Assembly (NCBI GenBank): GCA_002279005.1
Contig: NCJS01000010.1
Coordinates: 1-63,310, forward strand
Reading direction: 5' to 3'
Source of the DNA: Idiomarina sp. 34-48-12
GTDB lineage: Bacteria > Pseudomonadota > Gammaproteobacteria > Enterobacterales > Alteromonadaceae
DNA: 63,310 nt
A program made the translations under genes and the position numbers. The notes below the pieces were generated by a model. That model did not search any database. It worked only from the letters and a program-made list of their open reading frames with translations, and was not told where the DNA came from. Positions 1-8,590 of this stretch are shown here, piece by piece; positions within the stretch are counted from its first letter, which is position 1, and each line of letters opens with the position of its first letter.

Positions 1-533
1 ACGCTATGAATAAACTGCGGAATCAAAACTAAGGTTATCGCAATCATCACCGTATGCAGGGCTGGTCCTAAAATGGCAATGATAATCAGCGCTAATAATA
101 GTGATGGAATGGATAACACCACATCGAGCAAATGATTCAGCGTCGATGATTGAACCCCGCGACTCATGCCTGCCCAGGCGCCGATTGCGATACCAATGAT
201 TGCCGCAACGGCGGTTGCAATTAATGGATAACCAAGACTGTAAACGGCACCACTGAGTACGCGAGAAAGTAGATCGCGCCCTAAGTCATCGGTGCCAAAA
301 AGGAAGCTAATTTCGCCGTTATCGTGCCATGCTGGCGGCTGTGATATTGCGTCGCTGAATTGCGCATCAGGGCTGTAGGGCGCAACAAGGGGCGATAACA
401 CCATCAATAACAACATAAAACTAAAAATATAAAACGCCGTTATCGCGAACGGATTGGTATTCATGTGCAACCACAACGAACGCAGCGGCGAAGGTTCACG
501 ATACTGATAATAAATACTGCGATTATTCGGCAT
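1..533 (-). CDS. sapC: Sap peptide ABC transporter permease SapC (partial; 3' end runs off window start)
   Basis: Not in ORF track; read manually from ATG at 533: MPNNRSIYYQYREPSPLRSLW...FLFGTDDLGRDLLSRVLSGA, the DppC/SapC GTDxLGRD motif; overlaps the sapB stop. Confidence 0.88.
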   Translation of the reverse strand, partial: MPNNRSIYYQYREPSPLRSLWLHMNTNPFAITAFYIFSFMLLLMVLSPLVAPYSPDAQFSDAISQPPAWHDNGEISFLFGTDDLGRDLLSRVLSGAVYSLGYPLIATAVAAIIGIAIGAWAGMSRGVQSSTLNHLLDVVLSIPSLLLALIIIAILGPALHTVMIAITLVLIPQFIHS

Positions 534-1551
534 CGATTTCCTTCCTTACCTGCGGGTAACGCCAAGCGTGCGCGAGGTCGACAAGTACATTCACGAAAAG
601 TATCAAAGAGGCAAGAATCAAAAGCCCTGCTTGAATCACCGGGAAATCACGCTCGTAAATGCTTTTTACCAACCAACTACCAAGCCCCGGCCAATTAAAA
701 ATAACTTCCGTGATAACGATATTGGTCATGAGAACACTAAATTGTAGGCCCAACTGACGAATTACCGGCTGTAGCGCATTGGGCAGCGTGTGACGGAACA
801 TGATGGTGGCGTCACTTAATCCACGCGCTCGTGCAGCTTTAATGAAGTTCTGCTGTAGCACATCAAGTACCGCGTTGCGCATGATACGTATCAGCATCGT
901 TAGCGGCATTATTGCGAGCACAATAACGGGTACCCACAGGTGGTTTAGTGCATCGGAAAGTGCCGCGGCTTTAAACTCAGTATCACTTAGCCAGATATCA
1001 ATTAGAATTGAGCCGGTTTGAGTTTCGATGGCATAAAGCGGATTGATTTGTCCGGAGATAGGGCTCCAGCCCAGCTTTACCGCAAATAATAAAATGAATA
1101 ACTGCGCCAACCAAAATACTGGGATGGAATAGGCACTTAGGCTAATTCCCATAATCACGCGATCAATGGGACCTCGCTGCTGCACCGCTGCATAAACACC
1201 TAACGGAATACCAAGTATCATGGCCAATAGCATCGCCAGTAAACCAAGTTCTATCGTCGCGCCGAGTAGCGGTTTAATTTCCGCAAATACAGGCTGCTGC
1301 GTTACCAGCGATAATCCCCAATCACCCTGAAATAGATGGCTAACAAACAGACCATATTGGCTGATAATGCCGTTGTCGAAGCCTCGGGCACTATGGGCTT
1401 GTTGGTAGGCGAGGGTATCGTTGATCGCAATACCTGTCATATTGGTTAAACTGTCGCCGGGATACCAATAGTTCAACGAAAATATCAGCAGTGACAGCAG
1501 CCATAAAGTAACAATTAACAAGACAATTCTGCGTAGACTATAGCGGAGCAT
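523..1551 (-). CDS. sapB: Sap/Dpp-type ABC transporter permease SapB
   Basis: 342 aa, multiple TM segments, EAA loop (FIKAARARGLS), TEVIFNWPGLG; lies between sapA and sapC. Confidence 0.9.
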   Translation of the reverse strand: MLRYSLRRIVLLIVTLWLLSLLIFSLNYWYPGDSLTNMTGIAINDTLAYQQAHSARGFDNGIISQYGLFVSHLFQGDWGLSLVTQQPVFAEIKPLLGATIELGLLAMLLAMILGIPLGVYAAVQQRGPIDRVIMGISLSAYSIPVFWLAQLFILLFAVKLGWSPISGQINPLYAIETQTGSILIDIWLSDTEFKAAALSDALNHLWVPVIVLAIMPLTMLIRIMRNAVLDVLQQNFIKAARARGLSDATIMFRHTLPNALQPVIRQLGLQFSVLMTNIVITEVIFNWPGLGSWLVKSIYERDFPVIQAGLLILASLILFVNVLVDLAHAWRYPQVRKEIDAE

Positions 1552-3160
1552 CGGTCACCCTCCGCGCGTAGCGGAAATTGATACCACCGTACGGCGGCAG
1601 TTCAACCCCTTCAATATCATCTCGGTGAGCTTGAAAACGCAGTGAATTGGCAATGGGGACTAGCGGTGCTTGTTGCATCACAAAGTCTTCAATTGCTTGG
1701 TAAAGATGTTTACGCTGGTCCAAATCACTTTCTGTGATGGCATCCACTAACAATTGATCAAATTCAGGATTACACCATTGAGCGCGATTATTGCCTGAAC
1801 GCGCTGCTGCGCAGCTGAGCGTTGGTCTAAAAAAGTTATCAGGGTCGGCGTTGTCGGCAACCCAACCAATCAGCACGCTATCGTGCTCGCCATTTACGAG
1901 GCGTTGCCGAAACGTATTCCATTCGTAACTCACGATGTTGGCTTGAACACCGACTTGAGCTAAGTCAGATTGAATCAGTTCCGCCATACGATGTGCGTTT
2001 GGGTTATAGGCGCGTTGCACTGGCATTGCCCAAATGTCCATACTAAAACCGTTTGGGAAACCAGCTTCAGCAAGCAATTCGCGAGCTTTTGCAGGATCAT
2101 ACGGATAGGTTTGCTGCACCGGACTATAGGCCCACGAGGTTTCCGGCAACATACCAGTTGCTAGACGGGCATTGCCATCATAAATGGTCTGTATAATTGC
2201 CGGGCGATTGATGGCGTGGGCTAACGCACGTCGAACAACCACATTATCAAATGGCGGATGCTGTGTATTAAACGCCCAAAAAGAGACATTCGGGCTAACT
2301 GAACTGCCCACCTGAATTTTTGCATCTTGATCAAGTTGTGATAGCTCATTAACAAGCGGGTAGGGAATAACGTCGCATTCCCCAGTCAGCAATTTCAGCA
2401 TACGCTTATTCGCATTTGGGGTAATCACGTACACCAACGTTTTAATTTCTGGTTGTTCCCGCCAATACCCTTCATGGGCACTGTAACGAATGACAAAATC
2501 TTTGCGAAACATTTCAAATTCAAAAGGCCCCGTGCCAACTGGTAACCGGTCAATTTGTTCAGGATTGCCTTCTGCAATGAGCTGCTGCGCATATTCGGCT
2601 GACAATATCACCGCAAAATCAGTGGCTAAATTCGCTAAAAACGAACTATCTGATTGGACGAGATGAAAATCCACAGTGTAGTCATCAATTTTTTCAACTT
2701 TTTCGATAAGTTTGATTAAGCCACTTGAACGGAAAAACGGGTAACGGCCGCCATTTACTTGATGGTAGACATGTTGTTGATTCAGCCAGCGCTGAAAGCT
2801 AAACAAAACATCGTCAGCATTAAATGTGCGGGTTGGCGTAAACCAGTCGGTATCATGAAACTGAACATTTTCACGCAAATTAAAGCGATAGCGTCGGCCT
2901 TGATCGAACGCTTGCCAACCACGAGCCAGCGCTGGGACGAACTGTTGTTGCTTAGCATCGTAGTCAAGTAACCGATCATAAAGCTGTGCCGATGTGGCGT
3001 CTACGGTTGTACCCGAAGTCACCAATTGCGGATTAAATATTTCTGGGTTACCTTCTGAGCAGTAGACCAAACCATCTTGATAGACCTCACTGTCAGTTTG
3101 TACAGGACCGCAAGCGGCCAGCATTAACGTACCTGACGCTATCATCAATTGTTTGAACAT
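1538..3160 (-). CDS. sapA: ABC transporter substrate-binding protein SapA (family 5), predicted lipoprotein
   Basis: LAAC lipobox, VYCSEGNPEIFNPQ, PVGTGPF, WAMPVQRAYNPN DppA/SapA motifs; directly downstream of pspF. Confidence 0.9.
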   Translation of the reverse strand: MFKQLMIASGTLMLAACGPVQTDSEVYQDGLVYCSEGNPEIFNPQLVTSGTTVDATSAQLYDRLLDYDAKQQQFVPALARGWQAFDQGRRYRFNLRENVQFHDTDWFTPTRTFNADDVLFSFQRWLNQQHVYHQVNGGRYPFFRSSGLIKLIEKVEKIDDYTVDFHLVQSDSSFLANLATDFAVILSAEYAQQLIAEGNPEQIDRLPVGTGPFEFEMFRKDFVIRYSAHEGYWREQPEIKTLVYVITPNANKRMLKLLTGECDVIPYPLVNELSQLDQDAKIQVGSSVSPNVSFWAFNTQHPPFDNVVVRRALAHAINRPAIIQTIYDGNARLATGMLPETSWAYSPVQQTYPYDPAKARELLAEAGFPNGFSMDIWAMPVQRAYNPNAHRMAELIQSDLAQVGVQANIVSYEWNTFRQRLVNGEHDSVLIGWVADNADPDNFFRPTLSCAAARSGNNRAQWCNPEFDQLLVDAITESDLDQRKHLYQAIEDFVMQQAPLVPIANSLRFQAHRDDIEGVELPPYGGINFRYARRVTDAPL

Positions 3161-4257
3161 TAACCTTGTCCCTCAAGCAGCGCATACTTCTTCAAGTAGC
3201 CACGTAACTGATGATAGGTGAGTCCGAGCAGGTCTGCTGTTTTCTTTTGGTTAAATTGTGCGTACTGTAACGCTCGTTGAATCACTTCGATCTCAAATTC
3301 TGCGGTGATTTCTTTGAAATCAATTCCGCCGTTATCGAAGTCAACGCATACACCAACGGCTTCCGAACCTGAATTTGGTACTGAAGGTGGCACACTCCCA
3401 GCTTCTTCAGGAGCTTTGCTAGCTGGTGCCGGTGCCTGTGTGTTGGTTTCGCGATGCGCAGCAGCTGCTGGCCGATAAGGGCTATGAAAAGGATCGATCA
3501 CAATGTCGCTAACCGGGAGATGACCGCTACCGATACGATAAACTGAACGTTCGATGACATTTTTCAATTCCCGAACATTACCAGGCCAGTGGTAATCAAG
3601 CAGCGTTTTGCGGGCTTGCTCGGTAAACCCACTGAATAACTCGTAATCTAGTTCACGCGCCATTTGAATGGCGAAATGCTCGGCTAGCACCAAAATATCA
3701 TCACGGCGCTCGCGTAGTGGCGGCAGCGTAATAACATCAAACGCAAGCCGGTCAAGTAAGTCAGCTCGAAACTCGCCGGATTCAGCAAGGCTTGGGAGGT
3801 CTTCATTAGTGGCAGCAATCAGACGGGTGTCGACCCGCACAGTTTTCGTACCACCGACGCGTTCAAACTCGCCGTACTCAATAACGCGTAGAATTTTCTC
3901 TTGGACTAACGCAGAGGTATTCGCCAGCTCATCTAAAAATAAGCTACCGCCATCTGCGCGCTCAAAGCGACCTTCATGGCGCTTCTGTGCACCGGTAAAC
4001 GCACCGGCTTCATGCCCAAATAGCTCACTTTCCAATAAGCTTTCGCTGAGAGCGGCACAGTTCAACTTAATATAGTTCTGTTCCCAACGTTTCGACAAAA
4101 AATGTAAGCGGGCGGCAATTAATTCTTTCCCGGTTCCGCGTTCGCCGATAATTAATACAGGTTTATTGAGAGGAGCGATTTGAGAAACTTGCTCAAGAAC
4201 GGCGAGAAAGCTGTTAGCTTGTCCGATTAAATTATCAGCTTCGCGGAAGCGACTCAT
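3160..4257 (-). CDS. pspF: Phage shock protein operon sigma-54 activator PspF
   Basis: GERGTGKE Walker A, GAFTGA, LFLDE, WPGNVREL, C-terminal HTH, no N-terminal regulatory domain; divergent from pspA. ATG 4257 chosen over the track start 4269. Confidence 0.95.
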   Translation of the reverse strand: MSRFREADNLIGQANSFLAVLEQVSQIAPLNKPVLIIGERGTGKELIAARLHFLSKRWEQNYIKLNCAALSESLLESELFGHEAGAFTGAQKRHEGRFERADGGSLFLDELANTSALVQEKILRVIEYGEFERVGGTKTVRVDTRLIAATNEDLPSLAESGEFRADLLDRLAFDVITLPPLRERRDDILVLAEHFAIQMARELDYELFSGFTEQARKTLLDYHWPGNVRELKNVIERSVYRIGSGHLPVSDIVIDPFHSPYRPAAAAHRETNTQAPAPASKAPEEAGSVPPSVPNSGSEAVGVCVDFDNGGIDFKEITAEFEIEVIQRALQYAQFNQKKTADLLGLTYHQLRGYLKKYALLEGQG

Positions 4258-4285
4258 GGCTAGCACCACGCTGTTATTATCGTTA

Positions 4286-4321
4286 TTGGTGAATTTGACT
4301 AATTATTAGTGTATTTCATAA
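4286..4321. promoter_or_regulatory. Putative PspF upstream activating sequences (two sites)
   Basis: TTGGTGAATTTGACTAA and TTAGTGTATTTCATAA about 80-115 bp upstream of the sigma-54 promoter; resemble enterobacterial PspF UAS. Confidence 0.55.
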
Positions 4322-4399
4322 GCACAGTGCGTCAAATCATTTTTTGCTAAAACCGAAAAAAGTATTGAATTTAAGTGGGTTAGAGCAGTTTTTAAAAGT

Positions 4400-4415
4400 T
4401 GGCACGGTATCTGCA
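4400..4415 (+). promoter_or_regulatory. Sigma-54 (-24/-12) promoter of pspABC
   Basis: TGGCACGGTATCTGCA with exact GG-N10-GC spacing upstream of pspA. Confidence 0.88.
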
Positions 4416-4471
4416 TAATATTCCAGCGAACAATAATCAAATTTCTATTGACGCTTTATGAGGACACAAAC

Positions 4472-5149
4472 ATGGGTATCTTTACACGTTTTACAGATAT
4501 CGTAAATTCAAACCTGAACGCTTTATTAGATAAGGCAGAAGATCCTGAAAAAATGGTTCGTCTGATTATCCAGGAAATGGAAGACACATTAGTTGAGGTT
4601 CGTTCAACATCAGCTCGTTTAATTGCTGAGAAGAAAGACACTGAACGTCAACTAGCGCGTTTTGAGAAGGAAGTTGCTGAGTGGGAAGCGAAAGCTGAAT
4701 TAGCGCTTAGCAAAGACCGTGATGACTTAGCGCGCTTAGCACTTGTTGAGAAGCAAAAAGCAGCGACTGATGCACAAAGCTTACAAGCAGATATCACTCG
4801 TATTGACGAACACTTGAACCGTTTGGGTGAAGAAGTGGGGCAACTGCAAGAAAAATTGGCAGATGCCAAAGCTCGTCAGAAAACGATTATCATGCGTCAA
4901 CGCGCGGTTAGCAGCCGTTTAGAAGTTAAAAAACGCATTGATAGTGGCAAAATCGACGATGCAATGTTGCGCTTTGAGCGATTTGAATCAAAAATTGATG
5001 ACTTAGAGTCGCAAGTTGAAGCTTACGATCTTGGCAAGAAGACCTTGCGTGATGAATTTGCGCAATTAGAAACTGATGACAAGATTACCGACGAGCTTGA
5101 GGCTTTAAAAGCCCGCGTTAAGAAAGATAAGACGGATAAAAACGCTTAA
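4472..5149 (+). CDS. pspA: Phage shock protein A
   Basis: MGIFTRFTDIVNSNLNALLDKAEDPEKMVRLIIQEMEDTLVEVRS; GAGGA RBS before ATG 4472. Confidence 0.97.
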   Translation: MGIFTRFTDIVNSNLNALLDKAEDPEKMVRLIIQEMEDTLVEVRSTSARLIAEKKDTERQLARFEKEVAEWEAKAELALSKDRDDLARLALVEKQKAATDAQSLQADITRIDEHLNRLGEEVGQLQEKLADAKARQKTIIMRQRAVSSRLEVKKRIDSGKIDDAMLRFERFESKIDDLESQVEAYDLGKKTLRDEFAQLETDDKITDELEALKARVKKDKTDKNA

Positions 5150-5178
5150 TTAGCGGAACGTTTACCAAACTAAGATAG

Positions 5179-5208
5179 CGGGTGTCGCGCTAGGCACCCG
5201 AACTTTTT
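5179..5208 (+). terminator. Hairpin/weak terminator between pspA and pspB
   Basis: CGGGTGTC-GCGCTA-GGCACCCG followed by AACTTTTT. Confidence 0.55.
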
Positions 5209-5231
5209 GAACGACGAGAGATGAGAAGCAT

Positions 5232-5468
5232 ATGGACATTATAGCCCCACTAATTGGCGCACCGATTATTCTGTTTATGATTTTTGTGGCGCCAATTTGG
5301 ATCATCATGCATTACCGTAGCCAGCGTAAAATTGGTCAAGGCTTAAGCCAAGACGAATTGCTGCAATTACAGGAGCTAGCGCATCAGGCGGAACGGATGC
5401 GTGATCGAATTAAGACCCTAGAATCAATTCTAGATGCGGAGTCACCAAAATGGAGAGACCGCGTATGA
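5232..5468 (+). CDS. pspB: Phage shock protein B
   Basis: 78 aa, TM segment FVAPIWIIMHY, RIKTLESILDAESPKWR. Confidence 0.95.
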   Translation: MDIIAPLIGAPIILFMIFVAPIWIIMHYRSQRKIGQGLSQDELLQLQELAHQAERMRDRIKTLESILDAESPKWRDRV

Positions 5469-5860
5469 ACCAGGATAACTGTCAACGCAGAACATTAATG
5501 CGCGATAAAGCCAAAGGCAAAATTGCCGGGGTATGCGCAGGTATCGCTGAGTACTTTAATATTGAAGTGTGGTTGGTACGTATTATTGCCGTCACAGCAC
5601 TTATTTTCAGTTCAAGCTTTGTCGCCGTCATTTATATTGCGATGTGGTTCATTCTTGATGAAAAAAAGCCGAATCCAGCCGACCAGCCATCGCATCATCT
5701 TGGCGTTAAAACCAAAGTCTGGCAGGCTGGTGAACCACCACAGCGGGCATTTCGCGATATTAACCAAGAGTTCAGTGAGTTAGAGCAGTCATTACAGCGC
5801 ATTGAGCGGTATATCACGTCAAATGCCTATAAGATTGATCGCGAGCTCGATCGACTGTAA
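5465..5860 (+). CDS. pspC: Phage shock protein C
   Basis: KIAGVCAGIAEYF PspC domain; ATGA overlap with the pspB stop. Confidence 0.95.
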   Translation: MNQDNCQRRTLMRDKAKGKIAGVCAGIAEYFNIEVWLVRIIAVTALIFSSSFVAVIYIAMWFILDEKKPNPADQPSHHLGVKTKVWQAGEPPQRAFRDINQEFSELEQSLQRIERYITSNAYKIDRELDRL

Positions 5861-5905
5861 CACCACGAAATAGTTAGCAACACAGCGCACAAGTACACCG
5901 TGAAT

Positions 5906-5944
5906 ACCCCGTTGTTCGGTTCTTCCGACAGCGGGGTTTTTTAT
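5906..5944 (+). terminator. Rho-independent terminator after pspC
   Basis: ACCCCGTTGTTCGG-TTCTT-CCGACAGCGGGGT then T tract. Confidence 0.8.
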
Positions 5945-5949
5945 GCAAG

Positions 5950-5967
5950 TGGCAAATTTCCGTTACA
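5950..5967. promoter_or_regulatory. Degenerate TyrR/PhhR box upstream of Met gamma-lyase-phhAB
   Basis: TGGCAA-ATTTCC-GTTACA versus consensus TGTAAA-N6-TTTACA. Confidence 0.4.
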
Positions 5968-6055
5968 GCAAAACATGATCAACATCAAAGTTAGCTGTTG
6001 CGTTCAGATCGGCGTGAATGCAATCTGATGCGCAACAACAAGGAGTATTCTGCCA

Positions 6056-7297
6056 ATGCGCACCAACAATAAAGATAAATCGCAATGGCAGCCAGCGACA
6101 GTGACGATTCATGGCGGTAAACGTCGTGATGAGCATGGCGCTTTGGTTGCACCACTGTATCAAACGGCGACGTTTTCATTTACGAATACGGCGCAAGGGT
6201 CAGCTCGTTTTGCTGGCGAAGAAGAAGGTTATATTTATAGTCGCTTGGGTAACCCAACGGTCACCGAACTAGAAGAGCGCGTTGCTGCGCTGGAAGGGTT
6301 TCCTGCTGCTGCTGCGGCTGCTACGGGTATGGGCGCGGTATCAGCGAGTATGTTGGCGTTTGTAGAGCAGGGCGATCATGTCTTGGTATCAGACGCGATT
6401 TATGGCTGTAGCTTTGCGTTGTTCTCACATTTGTTCACGAAGTTTGGCATTACTGTCGACTTTGTCGACATGGCAGATTTAGCGAAAACGCGTGCCGCAA
6501 TACGTCCAAATACGAAGCTGGTATTCCTCGAATCGCCGGTAAACCCGCATTTGAAAGTGATAGATATTCAAGCCATTGCCGATATTGCTCACGAAGTGGC
6601 TGCGCGTTTAGTGGTTGATAACACGTTTATGACACCGTTATTGCAGCAACCACGCAAGCAAGGGGCTGATTTAGTACTTCACAGTGCAACAAAGTATCTT
6701 AATGGGCACGGTGACGTGGTTGCTGGCATTGTGTGTGGTAGCGAAGAAGATATTGAACTGATTAAATTAACCACATTAAAAGATATGGGCGCCACCATGA
6801 GCCCACACGATGCTTGGTTAATACTGCGTGGTCTAAAGACCCTCGATGTCCGTATGGAACGTCATTGTGCGAATGCAGTCAAAGTCGCTGAGTATTTGCG
6901 CAATAAAGAACTGGTTAAAACCATGTATTTCCCAGGCTTTGCTGACCATCCAGCGCAAGCATTGATGGGCACGCAGATGCATGGCCCAGGTGCAGTCATT
7001 GCCTTTGAATTACACGGTGATATCAATACTGCACGGCAATTATTAGATAGCTTACAGTTAATTACGATTGCTGTGAGTTTAGGGGATGCAGAAACGTTAA
7101 TTCAGCATCCAGCTTCGATGACGCACTCACCCTATACGCCAGAGGCAAGAGCCGCGGCGGGCATCAGCGATACGCTGATTCGAATTTCAGTGGGGCTTGA
7201 GGCCGTCGAAGATATTATTGCTGATTTGGAACAAGCGTTTGCTGCCTGTGCCAACAGCCAAATGACAACAACAGGGGAACAAGTACGCTATGGGTAA
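6056..7297 (+). CDS. megL: PLP-dependent methionine gamma-lyase (Cys/Met metabolism family)
   Basis: YIYSRLGNPT, IYGCSF (MGL-typical Cys), VVDNTF, HSATKYLNGHGDV PLP lysine, AVSLGDAETLIQHPASMTHS. Confidence 0.85.
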   Translation: MRTNNKDKSQWQPATVTIHGGKRRDEHGALVAPLYQTATFSFTNTAQGSARFAGEEEGYIYSRLGNPTVTELEERVAALEGFPAAAAAATGMGAVSASMLAFVEQGDHVLVSDAIYGCSFALFSHLFTKFGITVDFVDMADLAKTRAAIRPNTKLVFLESPVNPHLKVIDIQAIADIAHEVAARLVVDNTFMTPLLQQPRKQGADLVLHSATKYLNGHGDVVAGIVCGSEEDIELIKLTTLKDMGATMSPHDAWLILRGLKTLDVRMERHCANAVKVAEYLRNKELVKTMYFPGFADHPAQALMGTQMHGPGAVIAFELHGDINTARQLLDSLQLITIAVSLGDAETLIQHPASMTHSPYTPEARAAAGISDTLIRISVGLEAVEDIIADLEQAFAACANSQMTTTGEQVRYG

Positions 7298-8093
7298 ACA
7301 AAGCAACTATGTTTCACGACAGCCGGACGAAAACGGTATTATTGCGTGGAGTGATGAAGAAAATGCAGTTTGGCACGATCTAGTCGAGCGCCAACTTAAG
7401 CATATTCCTGGTAAAGCCTGTGATGAGTACATGCATGGTTTAGATTTATTGAATCTGCCACACGATAGAATTCCGCAACTTCATGAAATTAATGAAGTGT
7501 TGCAAGAAACAACAGGTTGGCAAGTTGCGCAAGTACCAGCGTTGATTCCATTTGATGAGTTCTTCCGTTTATTGGCGAATAAACAGTTCCCAGTGGCGAC
7601 GTTTATTCGTACCCGTGAAGAATTTGATTATTTGCAAGAACCGGATATCTTTCACGAAATTTTCGGACACTGTCCGTTGTTAACGAATCCGGCATTTGCC
7701 CATTTTACCCATCAATACGGTAAGTTAGGTTTAAATGCGACGCCGAAAGAGCGTGTTTATTTAGCCCGTCTCTATTGGTTTACAGTAGAGTTCGGATTAT
7801 TGAAAACCAAAGATGGTTTGCGTATTTATGGCGGCGGTATTTTATCGTCACCTGGTGAAACTGAATATGCTATTTTCAGTGACAAACCAGAACGTAAACC
7901 ATTGGTGCCGCTGGATGCATTAAGAACGCCATATCGTATCGATATTATGCAGCCAATTTATTACACCATTGAAAGTACGGATCGGTTATTTGAAATTGCC
8001 GACTTGGACATTATGGCGTTGGTACGTGAAGCAATGGAGCTCGGATTATTTGAGCCGAAGTTTCCGCCAAAACCGAAAACCGACGCTGCGTAA
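7290..8093 (+). CDS. phhA: Phenylalanine 4-monooxygenase
   Basis: YLQEPDIFHEIFGHCPLL, LYWFTVEFGL, YGGGILSS. Confidence 0.97.
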   Translation: MGKQSNYVSRQPDENGIIAWSDEENAVWHDLVERQLKHIPGKACDEYMHGLDLLNLPHDRIPQLHEINEVLQETTGWQVAQVPALIPFDEFFRLLANKQFPVATFIRTREEFDYLQEPDIFHEIFGHCPLLTNPAFAHFTHQYGKLGLNATPKERVYLARLYWFTVEFGLLKTKDGLRIYGGGILSSPGETEYAIFSDKPERKPLVPLDALRTPYRIDIMQPIYYTIESTDRLFEIADLDIMALVREAMELGLFEPKFPPKPKTDAA

Positions 8094-8132
8094 ACTATTG
8101 TTAGACACTATTAGATGTAAATCGAGGAACGA

Positions 8133-8477
8133 ATGTCAGAACTAAAACAACAAACGTGTGAAGCTTGTAACGCCAATGCACCAAAGGTAAGTGACGCTGA
8201 ATTGGCTGAACTGATTCGTGAAATTCCTGAGTGGGCGCCGGTGGTTCGTGATGGCGTAATGCAACTTGAGCGTGAATTCAAATTCAAGAACTTCAAACAA
8301 GCGCTAGCATTCACCAATAAAGTTGGCGAAATTGCTGAAGCTGAATTCCATCACCCAACACTGGTGACCGAATGGGGTAAAGTGACAGTTACTTGGTGGA
8401 CCCATGCAATCAATGGTTTACATAAGAACGACTTTATCATGGCAGCGCGTACTGACGCCGTGTTAAATGCTGAGTAG
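8133..8477 (+). CDS. phhB: Pterin-4-alpha-carbinolamine dehydratase
   Basis: [23 protein letters not shown]; follows phhA. Confidence 0.95.
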   Translation: MSELKQQTCEACNANAPKVSDAELAELIREIPEWAPVVRDGVMQLEREFKFKNFKQALAFTNKVGEIAEAEFHHPTLVTEWGKVTVTWWTHAINGLHKNDFIMAARTDAVLNAE

Positions 8478-8508
8478 ATAACGACGCATAAAACTGCTCG
8501 GACGACTT

Positions 8509-8547
8509 AAAAAAACCCTCGTGGATGGTTATCCCGAGGGCTTTTTT
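8509..8547 (+). terminator. Rho-independent terminator after phhB
   Basis: A tract, CCCTCG...CGAGGG stem, CTTTTTT. Confidence 0.75.
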
Positions 8548-8548
8548 G

Positions 8549-8566
8549 TGTATACTTTGCTTTACA
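8549..8566. promoter_or_regulatory. TyrR/PhhR box upstream of phhR (likely autoregulation)
   Basis: TGTATA-CTTTGC-TTTACA, one mismatch to TGTAAA-N6-TTTACA, 25 bp before the ATG. Confidence 0.75.
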
Positions 8567-8590
8567 CATAGTCTAACAAAGCTGCTATTT

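Noticed and set aside
3160-5860. psp genes (and hflD at 58684-59343) as signs of a prophage or anti-phage island
   Set aside because: Both are conserved host genes in their usual context; no integrase, structural or defence genes are present.
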